DNA of 18,202 nucleotides from positions 1-18,202 of the forward strand of contig JAYGCN010000162.1 of assembly GCA_046583315.1 (NCBI GenBank), read 5' to 3'. Under the pieces are notes generated by a model, which made no database searches, was not told the DNA's origin, and worked only from the letters and a program-made list of their open reading frames with translations. This DNA comes from Candidatus Hydrogenedentota bacterium. Lineage in GTDB: Bacteria; Hydrogenedentota; Hydrogenedentia; Hydrogenedentales; GCA-2746185. Position numbers and translations under genes: made by a program. This document shows positions 6,899 through 16,503 of this stretch, in pieces; the stretch's first letter is position 1; every line of letters starts with the position of its first letter.

Positions 6899-7636
6899 TC
6901 ACATTGCGGCTCCCCGGCTTGCGTGTAAGGCTGATTCTATGTGTTTTATAATCTCGGGGACACCTTGGTTGTCTTTTGCGTTACTGAACAGAAAAGGGCC
7001 ATCGCCACGCATTTTTCGGGTGTCCCTGTCCATGACCCCCAAGTCTGCGCCGACGGCTACGGCCAGATCCTTTTTGTTGATGACAAAAAGGTCTGATTGT
7101 GTGATACCGGGTCCGCCCTTGCGAGGAATCTTGTCCCCGCCGGACACATCGATGATGTAGATAATGTAATCGGCGAGTTCCCGGCTGAAGTTGGCTGCAA
7201 GATTGTCCCCGCCACTCTCAACAAAAAGTAATTCTATTTTTCCACCTGATTTTTTTGTGAGGCTGTCGAGTGCACGCAGATTGAGTGATATGTCTTCACG
7301 TATGGCAGCGTGCGGACAACCACCCGTTTCGACCGCTTCAATCCTGTCGGCCTCAAGCGCGTTGTGTCGAGTAAGAAACTGGGCATCTTCGCGCGTGAAG
7401 ATATCGTTTGTGACTACCCCGATTTCGTAGGTATCCCGAAGTGCCTCGCACAATCGCAAGAGAAGTGCAGTTTTGCCCGACCCGACGGGCCCGCCGATGC
7501 CGACTGTAAACGGACGTTTGGAAAAGTCTCGGATTTCATTGGCCAGGCTGCGCATGTGATACTCCCCCGGCCCGCTGAGTCTCTCGTGCGTGTGTCCGTG
7601 GTCGTGACTATGATCGTGGGTATGTTGATTGCACAT
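6899..7636 (-). CDS. ureG: Urease accessory GTPase UreG with a His-rich N-terminal extension
   Basis: P-loop [44 protein letters not shown] and NKKD. The ATG at 7636 has AAGGAG at 7650-7645. Confidence 0.97.
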   Translation of the reverse strand: MCNQHTHDHSHDHGHTHERLSGPGEYHMRSLANEIRDFSKRPFTVGIGGPVGSGKTALLLRLCEALRDTYEIGVVTNDIFTREDAQFLTRHNALEADRIEAVETGGCPHAAIREDISLNLRALDSLTKKSGGKIELLFVESGGDNLAANFSRELADYIIYIIDVSGGDKIPRKGGPGITQSDLFVINKKDLAVAVGADLGVMDRDTRKMRGDGPFLFSNAKDNQGVPEIIKHIESALHASRGAAM

Positions 7637-7683
7637 GTGTATTTCTCCTTCATGAACGTATTTGGTCTCTTTATGCGAGTGTC

Positions 7684-8376
7684 CTAATTTTGAAACAGTT
7701 TTGAGTACATATATTGATGACTGGCCTGGGCCATCTCGATCATGGGCTGTGAACGCGCCGCCCGATCGTAGGTGACGTCGGCGTATTGAATCCGAAGGGA
7801 TTCGCATTCGGGTGCCACGAGCACATAGAGTGCCTGCGCTCGGAGCGGCCCGATTAGGCCAAGCCGTATGGCCGCGCTGAATTGATCGCGCAGTGCCATA
7901 TGTAAAGCCAGTCGCTGTATGGCGCTACGTTCGAATCCAATTCGACGTAGCAAGAGCGGAAGGACAATTTGAAAATACATGGGCAAGGAATTAGCTCTAA
8001 ACCGTTGTTCGAGTTCTTCGACACCTTCCGGATTGTAGGCACTTTTAATTAGAGAAAACCAGTTTTCTCCCAATATTCCACTTGCTTTTCGGATAGAATA
8101 GATTGTGTTGAGTCCTTCCCATTCTTCGGTCAACTCAGTGAGTGCAACTTGATGGAAGTCGTCATCCAGAGCATACGAGGAGTTGATGAAGGGTAGTTCG
8201 AACTCGCTGACCGTTTTCAATTGGGAAATAAGGTATTCGCGAAAGTCCTCCTCGGATCTCAAATGGCCTGACTTGCCCATCGATTCGAGCCCTTGCGAAA
8301 ACGCGAAACCACCCGTGGGAAACGCGGTGTCCGCAAGATGCATGAGCGTGTATGGTTCGAGAGCGAAATTTTGCAT
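7684..8376 (-). CDS. ureF: Urease accessory protein UreF
   Basis: [29 protein letters not shown] and C-terminal [11 protein letters not shown]; lies between ureC and ureG. Confidence 0.95.
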   Translation of the reverse strand: MQNFALEPYTLMHLADTAFPTGGFAFSQGLESMGKSGHLRSEEDFREYLISQLKTVSEFELPFINSSYALDDDFHQVALTELTEEWEGLNTIYSIRKASGILGENWFSLIKSAYNPEGVEELEQRFRANSLPMYFQIVLPLLLRRIGFERSAIQRLALHMALRDQFSAAIRLGLIGPLRAQALYVLVAPECESLRIQYADVTYDRAARSQPMIEMAQASHQYMYSKLFQN

Positions 8377-8384
8377 TGGGCAAC

Positions 8385-10100
8385 CTAAAACAGATTGAAC
8401 AGTCGTGCCAAGGGCAACGTCGTCGCGGGTTCGCAGGTCAGCAGCTCACCATCGGCGTGCACCTGATAGGTTTCGGGGTCAATTTTCATTTCGGGGAGAG
8501 CATCGTTGAGGCGCATGTCCTTCTTGGTCAATCCTCTGCATGCGTGCACTGCCTCGACCGATTTACTGAGTCCGTAATTGGCTTTGACGTGATCGAGCGA
8601 AGCTTTTGAGACGAATGCGAGTGAATTGAGTCCAACCGCAACGCCGTGCGCGCCAAACATGGGTCTTGAAAAATAGGGTTGCGGCGTTGGAATTGACGCG
8701 TTCGGATCTCCCATCTGGGATTGAACGATAATGCCACTTTTCAGAATCATCTCGGGTTTCGAACCGAAAAAGCCAGGTTTCCACAACACCAAGTCGGCCA
8801 ATTTTCCCACTTCAACAGATCCGACATGGTCTGAAATTCCGTGGGCGACTGCCGGGTTAATTGTGTATTTGGCGATGTAGCGCTTGACTCGAAGGTTGTC
8901 ACTGTCGCTGCCCATATCCTCGGGCAATAGGCCACGCTGCACTTTCATTTTATGCGCGGTCTGCCAGGTACGGCAAATGACTTCGCCTACGCGCCCCATG
9001 GCCTGTGAATCGGAGGCGATGATGGAGATGGCTCCAAGATCGTGCAGAATATCCTCTGCGGCGATCGTTTCCCCGCGAATTCGGCTTTCGGCGAAGGCCA
9101 CATCTTCAGGAATGTTTTTGTCCAGGTGATGACACACCATGAGCATGTCGAGATGCTCGTCAATCGTGTTCACAGTGAAGGGACGCGTCGGGTTGGTTGA
9201 CGACGGCAGCACGTTGAGCTCGCCGCATACCTTCATGATATCCGGCGCATGCCCGCCTCCGGCACCTTCCGTGTGGTAGGTATGAATCGTCCGCCCTTCG
9301 AAAGCGGCGATGGTCTGCTCGACGAAGCCAGACTCGTTTAGCGTGTCCGTATGGATTGCAACCTGGATGTCGTAGTTCTCAGCCACGGAAAGGCAGCTTC
9401 GGATGGATGCCGGTGTGGTGCCCCAGTCTTCGTGAAGCTTAAGCCCGAGTGCGCCCCCTTCGACCTGTTCGACCAAGCCCTGCGGCAAAGAGGAATTTCC
9501 TTTGCCGAGAAAGCCGAAGTTTAACGGATAGGAGTCTGTCGCGGCGAGCATCATTTCAATATGGTTCGCGCCGGGCGTGCACGTGGTTGCTTTGGTACCT
9601 GTTGCAGGCCCCGTGCCCCCGCCGATCATCGTGGTCACGCCCGAGGCCAACGCTTCGTCGATTTGCTGAGGACAGATGAAGTGGATGTGCGCATCAATAC
9701 CGCCTGCGGTGAGAATGAGTCCTTCACAGGCGATGACTTCCGTGGTCACGCCTACGCGCATTGTCGGGTCTACGTCGGGCATGATGTGGGGATTGCCCGC
9801 TTTGCCGATACCCACGATACGACCGTCTTTGATACCGACGTCCGCCTTGATGATCCCCGTATAATCAACGATCAGCGCGTTGGTGATCAACAGATCCAAT
9901 GCTTCCGCCTGCGGGAGCCCTGCTGACTGACCCATGCCGTCGCGTAGCGTTTTGCCGCCTCCGAATTTGCATTCTTCGCCGTATGTTGTGCGATCTTCTT
10001 CGACCCGTATCAGGAGCTCTGTATCACCCAATCGCACACAGTCCCCGGTTGTGGGGCCATAGATGTCCGCGTAGGCTCTTCGATCCATTTCGTAGCTCAT
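8385..10100 (-). CDS. ureC: Urease alpha (catalytic) subunit
   Basis: [39 protein letters not shown] (carbamylated Lys), [21 protein letters not shown], flap MVCHHL and [11 protein letters not shown]. All Ni ligands are present. GGAG RBS. Confidence 0.99.
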   Translation of the reverse strand: MSYEMDRRAYADIYGPTTGDCVRLGDTELLIRVEEDRTTYGEECKFGGGKTLRDGMGQSAGLPQAEALDLLITNALIVDYTGIIKADVGIKDGRIVGIGKAGNPHIMPDVDPTMRVGVTTEVIACEGLILTAGGIDAHIHFICPQQIDEALASGVTTMIGGGTGPATGTKATTCTPGANHIEMMLAATDSYPLNFGFLGKGNSSLPQGLVEQVEGGALGLKLHEDWGTTPASIRSCLSVAENYDIQVAIHTDTLNESGFVEQTIAAFEGRTIHTYHTEGAGGGHAPDIMKVCGELNVLPSSTNPTRPFTVNTIDEHLDMLMVCHHLDKNIPEDVAFAESRIRGETIAAEDILHDLGAISIIASDSQAMGRVGEVICRTWQTAHKMKVQRGLLPEDMGSDSDNLRVKRYIAKYTINPAVAHGISDHVGSVEVGKLADLVLWKPGFFGSKPEMILKSGIIVQSQMGDPNASIPTPQPYFSRPMFGAHGVAVGLNSLAFVSKASLDHVKANYGLSKSVEAVHACRGLTKKDMRLNDALPEMKIDPETYQVHADGELLTCEPATTLPLARLFNLF

Positions 10101-10143
10101 GCTTTTTCTCCAATGCTGCGTTCAGGTTCTGTGTGATTGTTGC

Positions 10144-10899
10144 TTACTCTTTGGATGCCTGGTCAAAATTCTTCATCGCCGTCGCGCAATTCTCAGGAGA
10201 TACGTTGCCCGAAATGAATCCGTTGCCTCCGTAGATCACTTGTTCGCCCGCGATTTTCACAAGTGAGACGTTTTTTGATTCGCCCGGTTCGAAGCGAACG
10301 GCCGTGCCCGAGGGGATATCCAGCCGATACCCGAAGGCGCGTTCACGGTCGAAATTCAGTTGAGAATTGGTTTCGAAGAAGGGGTAGTGTGATCCCACTT
10401 GAATTGGGCGGTCCCCGCTATTTGTGACTTCGAGATCCCGGGTTTTCCTGTCGTTGTTGAGCACGATGGCCTCATCCAACAGCACGTATTCTCCGGGTGA
10501 GCAGCGTTCTGCGGAATCGGTATCGCCCAACTCACTGTTCCATTGCCCCATCTTTAGGCCGGATCCGTACAGGGCCAATTCACGGTCACCATGCTCCGCA
10601 CAGATGGGTACATGCACCGTCACCAGTTTCGTTCCATCGGGAAACGTACCTTCCACTTGAACTTCGTGTAGGAGCTCGGCAACACCGGGCAGCACGTCTG
10701 AGAAGCCAAGAATTGTTTTGCCGGTATCCATGAGCGTGGCGACATCCTGACCATCCCGGATCAATTCCAGAATTTGCGTTGCGAGCAGCGCCATTGATTC
10801 GGGGTAATTTAGACGAAGGCCACGCCACAACCGTTTTTGCGCAATAAACCCCGCGTTGTGCAAGGTGATCTTTTCCATTTCCTTTGGTGACAACCGCAT
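10144..10899 (-). CDS. ureAB: Fused urease gamma/beta subunit
   Basis: Gamma domain (RGLRLNYPE, VQVEGTFPDGTKLVTVH) is in frame with the beta domain (NSGDRPIQVGSHYPFFE, GYRLDIPSGTAVRFEPGE). AAGGAG RBS. Confidence 0.97.
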   Translation of the reverse strand: MRLSPKEMEKITLHNAGFIAQKRLWRGLRLNYPESMALLATQILELIRDGQDVATLMDTGKTILGFSDVLPGVAELLHEVQVEGTFPDGTKLVTVHVPICAEHGDRELALYGSGLKMGQWNSELGDTDSAERCSPGEYVLLDEAIVLNNDRKTRDLEVTNSGDRPIQVGSHYPFFETNSQLNFDRERAFGYRLDIPSGTAVRFEPGESKNVSLVKIAGEQVIYGGNGFISGNVSPENCATAMKNFDQASKE

Positions 10900-10971
10900 A
10901 CGTCTTTCTCCTTCTGCTCACTTTGTCATTGCGATTCGCTCTTCGAACCGCATAATGAAACACTTATAGAT

Positions 10972-11871
10972 TTAGAACTTTCGCTTGCATGGATTGAAGC
11001 CCAAAATTTCCGGTGAAGCCACTGCCTTCCCAAGCGCTTTCACGTAGGCCGATAAGGATTCCTTTTTTGTGCTCATTGCTCGAACGATCAACGCATCTTC
11101 GCCGACGGGATTCGCGACAACCCACAATCGGGCATCGTTTGTGGGTCCGTCCGTGCCCGAGGCACCGCTAGACTTGAAAATGTCCAGTCCTTCTAGCGCC
11201 CGCACGAGCTTCCGACCGACGATGTATACGCTAAGCAGACTTCGATAGGGACCGAAAGCGCCTGCACCGTAGGGGTTGTCTTTCGCTGGTTCGATACGCA
11301 GGCGGTCGATGATACGTTTTTTCCCGTCGATATGAATACGAACTTCCGAACTTAAGTAATCGTAGTCAAAGCATTCGCCGTATGCCGTTCGTCCAGAGTG
11401 AAGCCAGTCGACCAGCATCACATTTGCAGATGCGTCCAGATGCCATTCCTGCAATTGTTCGAGCCGACTGCCCGCGAAGGGAATGAGCGCGTCCGGCAGA
11501 ATCACTGCTAACGCACCGCTGGCCAATTTCCCGCGTACATGTTGTCGAGCCGGTTTGCCATCAAACGACTTGTATACTTTGGTATCCGCCTGGGTACCCA
11601 GAAAAAATTTGGAATCGTGCTCACAGTCAATCTCGAGTTGGATGTTGTCTCCTGCGACCAGCCCGCCTCCGTAACTTGAGAGGTATACTTGGCTACTTTC
11701 GGACAGGTTACGTGGGTTGAGAATCTTGAGCGGTTGCACATTTTTGCAGGAGACGATTCGTGAAGTGCCCTTCCAGGATGCCACGCGGATTCGGCTCCAC
11801 TGTGCCTCTGAGGAGTGCAAGTGTTGCGCATTTTGGTCGCGGGCGATAACGCCCAAGGCGGCTTCAGACAC
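10972..11871 (-). CDS. ureD: Urease accessory protein UreD
   Basis: SYGGGLVAGD, TQADTKVYKS, LPDALIPFAGS and DWLHSGR. The GTG start overlaps the urtE stop by 8 nt. Confidence 0.93.
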   Translation of the reverse strand: MSEAALGVIARDQNAQHLHSSEAQWSRIRVASWKGTSRIVSCKNVQPLKILNPRNLSESSQVYLSSYGGGLVAGDNIQLEIDCEHDSKFFLGTQADTKVYKSFDGKPARQHVRGKLASGALAVILPDALIPFAGSRLEQLQEWHLDASANVMLVDWLHSGRTAYGECFDYDYLSSEVRIHIDGKKRIIDRLRIEPAKDNPYGAGAFGPYRSLLSVYIVGRKLVRALEGLDIFKSSGASGTDGPTNDARLWVVANPVGEDALIVRAMSTKKESLSAYVKALGKAVASPEILGFNPCKRKF

Positions 11872-12559
11872 TCAGATACTCCTTCACGATTTCTTCGCTC
11901 AGATTTTCGGTTGTCCCGTCGGCCACGGTTTCGCCACGATTCATCACGTAGAATCGGTGGCAATACTTGCGAACAAAATCCAGGTACTGTTCAATAATGA
12001 GAACGGTTATGCCTTCTTCTTCGACAAGACGGCGCAAGACTTCGCCGATCTGCGTAATGATATTGGGCTGTATGCCTTCAGTGGGTTCATCGAGCACCAG
12101 TAGCTTGGGTTGCGTGACAAGTGCGCGACCAATGGCCAACTGCTGCTGCTGACCGCCTGAGAGATCGCCGCCCATGCGTCCGGACATTTCGCTGAGTATC
12201 GGAAAATACTCGTAGATGCTCTCGGGAATGCCACGCTTCCTGTCGCCCACCGCTGCGAGCGCGACACGCAGATTTTCTTCTACGCTGAGTTTTGGAAAGA
12301 TCATCCGCCCCTGAGGGACGTAACCCATCCCTTTGCTTGCCCGGTAGTGAGCTGGACGCGAAGAAAGATCCTCATCTTCGAATGACACGGTCCCGGCTGA
12401 GGCGCGCTCCAATCCAAGGATGTTACGCACCAAGGTGGTTTTACCGACGCCGTTTCGTCCGATAACGCTTACCATTTCTCCACGATTTAAGGATAGATTT
12501 ACCCCATTGAGCGTTTGGACCTCTCCGTAAGAAAAGGATAGATTGTTGACTCTAAGCAT
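11864..12559 (-). CDS. urtE: Urea ABC transporter ATP-binding subunit UrtE
   Basis: GRNGVGKT, YVPQGRMIFPKL, GGDLSGGQQQQLAIGRAL and LDEPTEGIQP. Confidence 0.95.
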   Translation of the reverse strand: MLRVNNLSFSYGEVQTLNGVNLSLNRGEMVSVIGRNGVGKTTLVRNILGLERASAGTVSFEDEDLSSRPAHYRASKGMGYVPQGRMIFPKLSVEENLRVALAAVGDRKRGIPESIYEYFPILSEMSGRMGGDLSGGQQQQLAIGRALVTQPKLLVLDEPTEGIQPNIITQIGEVLRRLVEEEGITVLIIEQYLDFVRKYCHRFYVMNRGETVADGTTENLSEEIVKEYLSV

Positions 12560-12573
12560 TTTGATTGTCTTCC

Positions 12574-13395
12574 CTACCTTCCCAGGTACGCCTCGATTAC
12601 TTCAGCGTTGGACTGAATTTCATCCAATGATCCTTCCGCCATCACCATGCCTTCGTTTAGTACGGAAATGTAGGAATCCAGATTGCGCACGAAATCCATG
12701 TCGTGTTCTATCACCACAATCGTGTGGTCTTCCTTTAATTCCAATAAAAGTTCCGCGGTCAGCATGGTCTCCGCATCGGAGAGTCCCGCAGCCGGTTCAT
12801 CGATGAGCAGTAGCTTTGGGTCCGAGAGGATTAATGTAGAAATGGATAGCCATTGACGCTGCCCATGACTAAGCTGACTTGCCGGGGTATCGATTTCGGC
12901 GCCCAAGCCCACGCGCTCAAGGATGGCGCGAATTTGCTCTCGATCGCGTGGTTTTAGCGAACCCAGGAGATTACGCCACATGCCCTGGTTTTTAGGGAGG
13001 GCCAATTGCATGTTTTCAATCGTTGTAAGACTGTCAAACACGGTTGGCGTTTGAAATTTTCGACGAATACCTCGTAAGGCAATGTCCATTTCGGTCTTAT
13101 TAGATATGTTTTCTCCGTCAAAAAATACTTCTCCCGTAGCCGGGGTTGTCTTGCCGCTCACCACGTCGCACAACGTGGTCTTGCCCGCGCCGTTGGGCCC
13201 GATGATAACCCGAAGCTCGTTGTGTTCGACCCCAAAGGCCTCGATGTCTAATGCTTTGAATCCATCAAATTCAACTTTAATGCCTTCGATGAACAAAATG
13301 TATTTTTCATCCCAGCGGCGACTTTGTCCCGGATGTTCATTGACGTAACGAGCAAGCGGGTTACTGCTCGTTTTCGTGATTATTTTCCGTGTCAT
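12574..13395 (-). CDS. urtD: Urea ABC transporter ATP-binding subunit UrtD
   Basis: FDGFKAL, ELRVIIGPNGAGKTT, RKFQTPTVF, LSHGQRQWL, DEPAAG and IEHDMDFV. ATGA overlap with urtC. Confidence 0.95.
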   Translation of the reverse strand: MTRKIITKTSSNPLARYVNEHPGQSRRWDEKYILFIEGIKVEFDGFKALDIEAFGVEHNELRVIIGPNGAGKTTLCDVVSGKTTPATGEVFFDGENISNKTEMDIALRGIRRKFQTPTVFDSLTTIENMQLALPKNQGMWRNLLGSLKPRDREQIRAILERVGLGAEIDTPASQLSHGQRQWLSISTLILSDPKLLLIDEPAAGLSDAETMLTAELLLELKEDHTIVVIEHDMDFVRNLDSYISVLNEGMVMAEGSLDEIQSNAEVIEAYLGR

Positions 13396-14567
13396 CGTGA
13401 TCCCTCTTCTGCCACGAAAGGTTCTGCATTTTTTGTTCGTGTTTTTCTGCCGGGCAAGAGGCTGGCCAAGCCTTCATTAAAATACACCGCCACTGATACA
13501 AAGAGTACGCCGAGGACGAACTGCCAGTATTCCGCCTTCCAAGTGAAAAACACCATATCTCTTTCAGACGTAAGGTAGTTGTAAAGAATATTCACGAATA
13601 ACGCTCCAATAATCGGCCCTGTGAGTGTTCCGCGACCACCAACGGCAACCCAGACCACGACCAGTATCGATGCGCTGGCCTCCATGTTGTGTGGCGTGAA
13701 GATTCCCATCTGGGGGGTGTAGAGCATCCCGGCGAGTCCGGTGATGGTTCCTGCAACGACATAGGCAAACATCTTGTAGGTGTGCGGCGCGTACCCGTAG
13801 AATCGAAGGGCACTTTCATTGTCCCGTACAGCAACGAGAATTCGGCCCAATGGTGAATTGACGATATATCGGCATAGCGCATAGGAGCCAATCAACGCCA
13901 CCAACGTGCACAGATAGAGCGTCAGCTTAACATTGGGATCGGAGAGATGAAATGAACCGGCAATGTATTCGAATCGGGTCAGGCCGTTGGTCCCACCCAG
14001 TTTCATGTTGTTCATGGAGAAGAAGTTGACCGCCGCTACGGTAATGGCCTGAGTCAGGATGGCAAAATACACACCTCGCACACGGCTTCGGAAGCCGAAG
14101 AATCCGATCAATCCTGCAACAATGGCGGGAAGTAACATCCCGAAAAAGAGAGTACCCGGCAGCGTCCAGAATGGTTTCCAGAACCAGGGGGTGAGTGCAT
14201 CGGCCGGTGCCTCACCGATTTTGTAGGGGTATACAACGTATAAACATGCCGGAATTTTCCAACCGTTTGTATCGATAATTCCTTCAGGACCGCCGTGGTG
14301 GGCCAGATACATGCCCATTGCGTAGCCTCCGAGCGAGAAGAAAAAGGCTTGGCACAAACTCAAGATACCCGTGTATCCCCAGATGAGATCGAGGGCTACG
14401 GCCATCATGGCAAAAGTCAGATATCGACCGAGCATGTTCACCATTTCAATACTGATCACGCCGGAAAAATAAAGTGCCGGAATGCCGATGAGACCAAAGG
14501 CGAAAAGGCCGTACAGCAGTCGAACGTCGAGCGAACTGCGGTCGCCGTGTGTGAGTTTTTTAATCAT
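13392..14567 (-). CDS. urtC: Urea ABC transporter permease UrtC
   Basis: ALDLIWGYTGILSL, GGYAMGMYL, FRSRVRGVYFAILTQA and WVAVGGRGTL. The ATG at 14567 overlaps the urtB stop (ATGATTAA). Confidence 0.95.
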   Translation of the reverse strand: MIKKLTHGDRSSLDVRLLYGLFAFGLIGIPALYFSGVISIEMVNMLGRYLTFAMMAVALDLIWGYTGILSLCQAFFFSLGGYAMGMYLAHHGGPEGIIDTNGWKIPACLYVVYPYKIGEAPADALTPWFWKPFWTLPGTLFFGMLLPAIVAGLIGFFGFRSRVRGVYFAILTQAITVAAVNFFSMNNMKLGGTNGLTRFEYIAGSFHLSDPNVKLTLYLCTLVALIGSYALCRYIVNSPLGRILVAVRDNESALRFYGYAPHTYKMFAYVVAGTITGLAGMLYTPQMGIFTPHNMEASASILVVVWVAVGGRGTLTGPIIGALFVNILYNYLTSERDMVFFTWKAEYWQFVLGVLFVSVAVYFNEGLASLLPGRKTRTKNAEPFVAEEGSR

Positions 14568-16401
14568 CGGCGAGCCTGCCTTTCGGAGCAAAGAGACCGG
14601 ACGGCCTGAACTGCATAAAGGCCACGATTAAGACCAGCAGTATGATTTTCGCCCATATTGTTCCCGTACCCGGCTCGATAATCTTGGTGAGCACGCCGAT
14701 TCCCAGCCCCGAACAGATGACACCGATGATTTTTCCTACACCACCGGTCACGACCACGAGAAATGAATCGACAATGTATACTTGTTGGCCCATGTCAGGC
14801 GTCACACCGCCAATGAGCGTCACGGCGTATCCCGCGACGCCCGCGAGTCCGGAGCCGAAGGCGAAAGTGAGGGCATCAATGCGTTTTGTGTTTACCCCGA
14901 GACTTGACGCCATATCGCGATTTTGCATCGTCGCACGCATTTGGAGTCCTATACGTGTAAAGTTCATCAGCCCATATACTGCAGCAACACTTAGAGCCGT
15001 TAGGCCTAGAATGAACAATCGGCTCCACGGAAGATTAAAGTCCTGAACCACTTCCCAGCTACCGCGTGCCCACTCAGGTGCGGCAACCCCGATATTGTCG
15101 CCATAGCGAATACGTACGCATTGAATGAGGATAAGGCCAACGCCCCACGTTGCCAACAGAGACTCCAGTGGCTTGCGGTAGAGGTGTCTAATCACTATGA
15201 GCTCCATTAGAAAACCAACAAACGCGGCGGACAGAAAGGCAACCGGGAGTGCGAGAGCGTAGTAGTATCCGAATGCCGCTTCAGGCAGCTTGCCTTGTTC
15301 AATAAGGTTCGCAAAGAGTGATTGCACTTCATAGGTTGCGTATGCACCGATCATCAGGAGTTCGCCGTGCGCCATATTGATGACGCCCATCAGGCCGAAG
15401 GTGATTGCGAGGCCCAGCGCCATCAGAATCAGAATCGAACCAAGTGAAAAACCGCGAAACATGTTTTCCGCCATGCTCACATTTCGTTGATGTGCAGCGA
15501 TTGCCGAGATGGAGCGTCTGTACAGGTTTTCCTTCTCGACGAACTCCGAATCGTCTACCGGTTTCGCCTGAGGGTCGCTGGACTCAGCTGTCTTCGCATC
15601 TTGTGTTTTCCTAAGGGCGCGTAGCCGATCCTCGAGCCTGGGTAATGCGCGCAGACTTTTTAGCGTCGCAAGACTCTCAACGGCGGCCATCTGAATCCCG
15701 TCTCTCTCGTCATCGAGTTGAATGAGTAGAATACTCTCTTGTGCTACACGCCGAATCTTGGCATTGGGATCGTTTTCGGCCAGTTCTGTTAGGCGATCCA
15801 GGGCCTCAAACAAAAGCGGGGGATCACCGCACTTTTTGGCTCCGGATAAGCGAAGGTCGGCGAGCGGAGATGAAAGGCGGGATAAATACTTGGCGCTCGT
15901 GGCCCAGCGGCGTTCTTTTTTTCCAGCGTCGAGTTCTTCCAGGTCCTCCAGTGCTACGAGCATTTGATCTGGATTTAGCTCGACGCCTTCAATCTCGACA
16001 GAGTGCATGTCGCTCGGAATCACCGCATACGATCCATCCAAATAGGTGAGGGGGTCGAACAAGGGGGAAAATTCGTCGAAGTCCTCATTTTCCACGGTAT
16101 CTTCAGACAAAACCACCATGCGAACCGCGTTAGCATCTTCCCAGATGTAGAGACTACCTTGTCGGTAGAACTCCATCAACGCTTCGATTCGAGGGTCCCC
16201 GGTATTGGCAAGAGCGGTGATGGTGGCACGAACGACCTCTGAATCATCGTTCCCAAGATCAAGCAACAATTCCCGAATGGTTTCGGTGGCAGCTGGATCC
16301 CGGGTGTCCGATTGCTGCACTTCGTCGCTTGAACAGCCGTTGAAGAAAAGCATACTCAACAATGCAAACGTGCACAGTGGGAACATGTAAAATTGTTTCA
16401 T
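14560..16401 (-). CDS. urtB: Urea ABC transporter permease UrtB with a long N-terminal extracytoplasmic HEAT-like domain
   Basis: SLGSILILMALGLAITFGLMGVINMAHGE, RHLYRKPLESLLATWG, TFAFGSGLAGVAG and VDSFLVVVTGGVG. The N-terminal ~310 aa are helical/HEAT-like and follow a signal peptide. Confidence 0.93.
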   Translation of the reverse strand: MKQFYMFPLCTFALLSMLFFNGCSSDEVQQSDTRDPAATETIRELLLDLGNDDSEVVRATITALANTGDPRIEALMEFYRQGSLYIWEDANAVRMVVLSEDTVENEDFDEFSPLFDPLTYLDGSYAVIPSDMHSVEIEGVELNPDQMLVALEDLEELDAGKKERRWATSAKYLSRLSSPLADLRLSGAKKCGDPPLLFEALDRLTELAENDPNAKIRRVAQESILLIQLDDERDGIQMAAVESLATLKSLRALPRLEDRLRALRKTQDAKTAESSDPQAKPVDDSEFVEKENLYRRSISAIAAHQRNVSMAENMFRGFSLGSILILMALGLAITFGLMGVINMAHGELLMIGAYATYEVQSLFANLIEQGKLPEAAFGYYYALALPVAFLSAAFVGFLMELIVIRHLYRKPLESLLATWGVGLILIQCVRIRYGDNIGVAAPEWARGSWEVVQDFNLPWSRLFILGLTALSVAAVYGLMNFTRIGLQMRATMQNRDMASSLGVNTKRIDALTFAFGSGLAGVAGYAVTLIGGVTPDMGQQVYIVDSFLVVVTGGVGKIIGVICSGLGIGVLTKIIEPGTGTIWAKIILLVLIVAFMQFRPSGLFAPKGRLADD

Positions 16402-16503
16402 GAATCACTCTGATTCGACCAAGACACACAATAGTCGGTCGGTTTGATAATGCAACCATTCGCGTATTGAATGGTCAAGTTACCGCTGCGTAAGTTGCCT
16501 CCG

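Noticed and set aside
6643..6951. Short ORFs 6643-6855 (-) and 6748-6951 (+)
   Set aside because: No recognisable motifs; they overlap the att-like fragment, the ygiQ promoter or the end of ureG.
7637..7807. 57-aa N-terminal extension of UreG in the ORF track
   Set aside because: It overlaps ureF in another frame, and a strong AAGGAG RBS precedes the ATG at 7636.
10101..10143. Readthrough or frameshift joining ureAB and ureC into a single-chain urease
   Set aside because: The gap is 43 nt (out of frame), the ureC frame has a TGA upstream within the gap, ureC has its own RBS, and no convincing slippery site precedes the ureAB stop.
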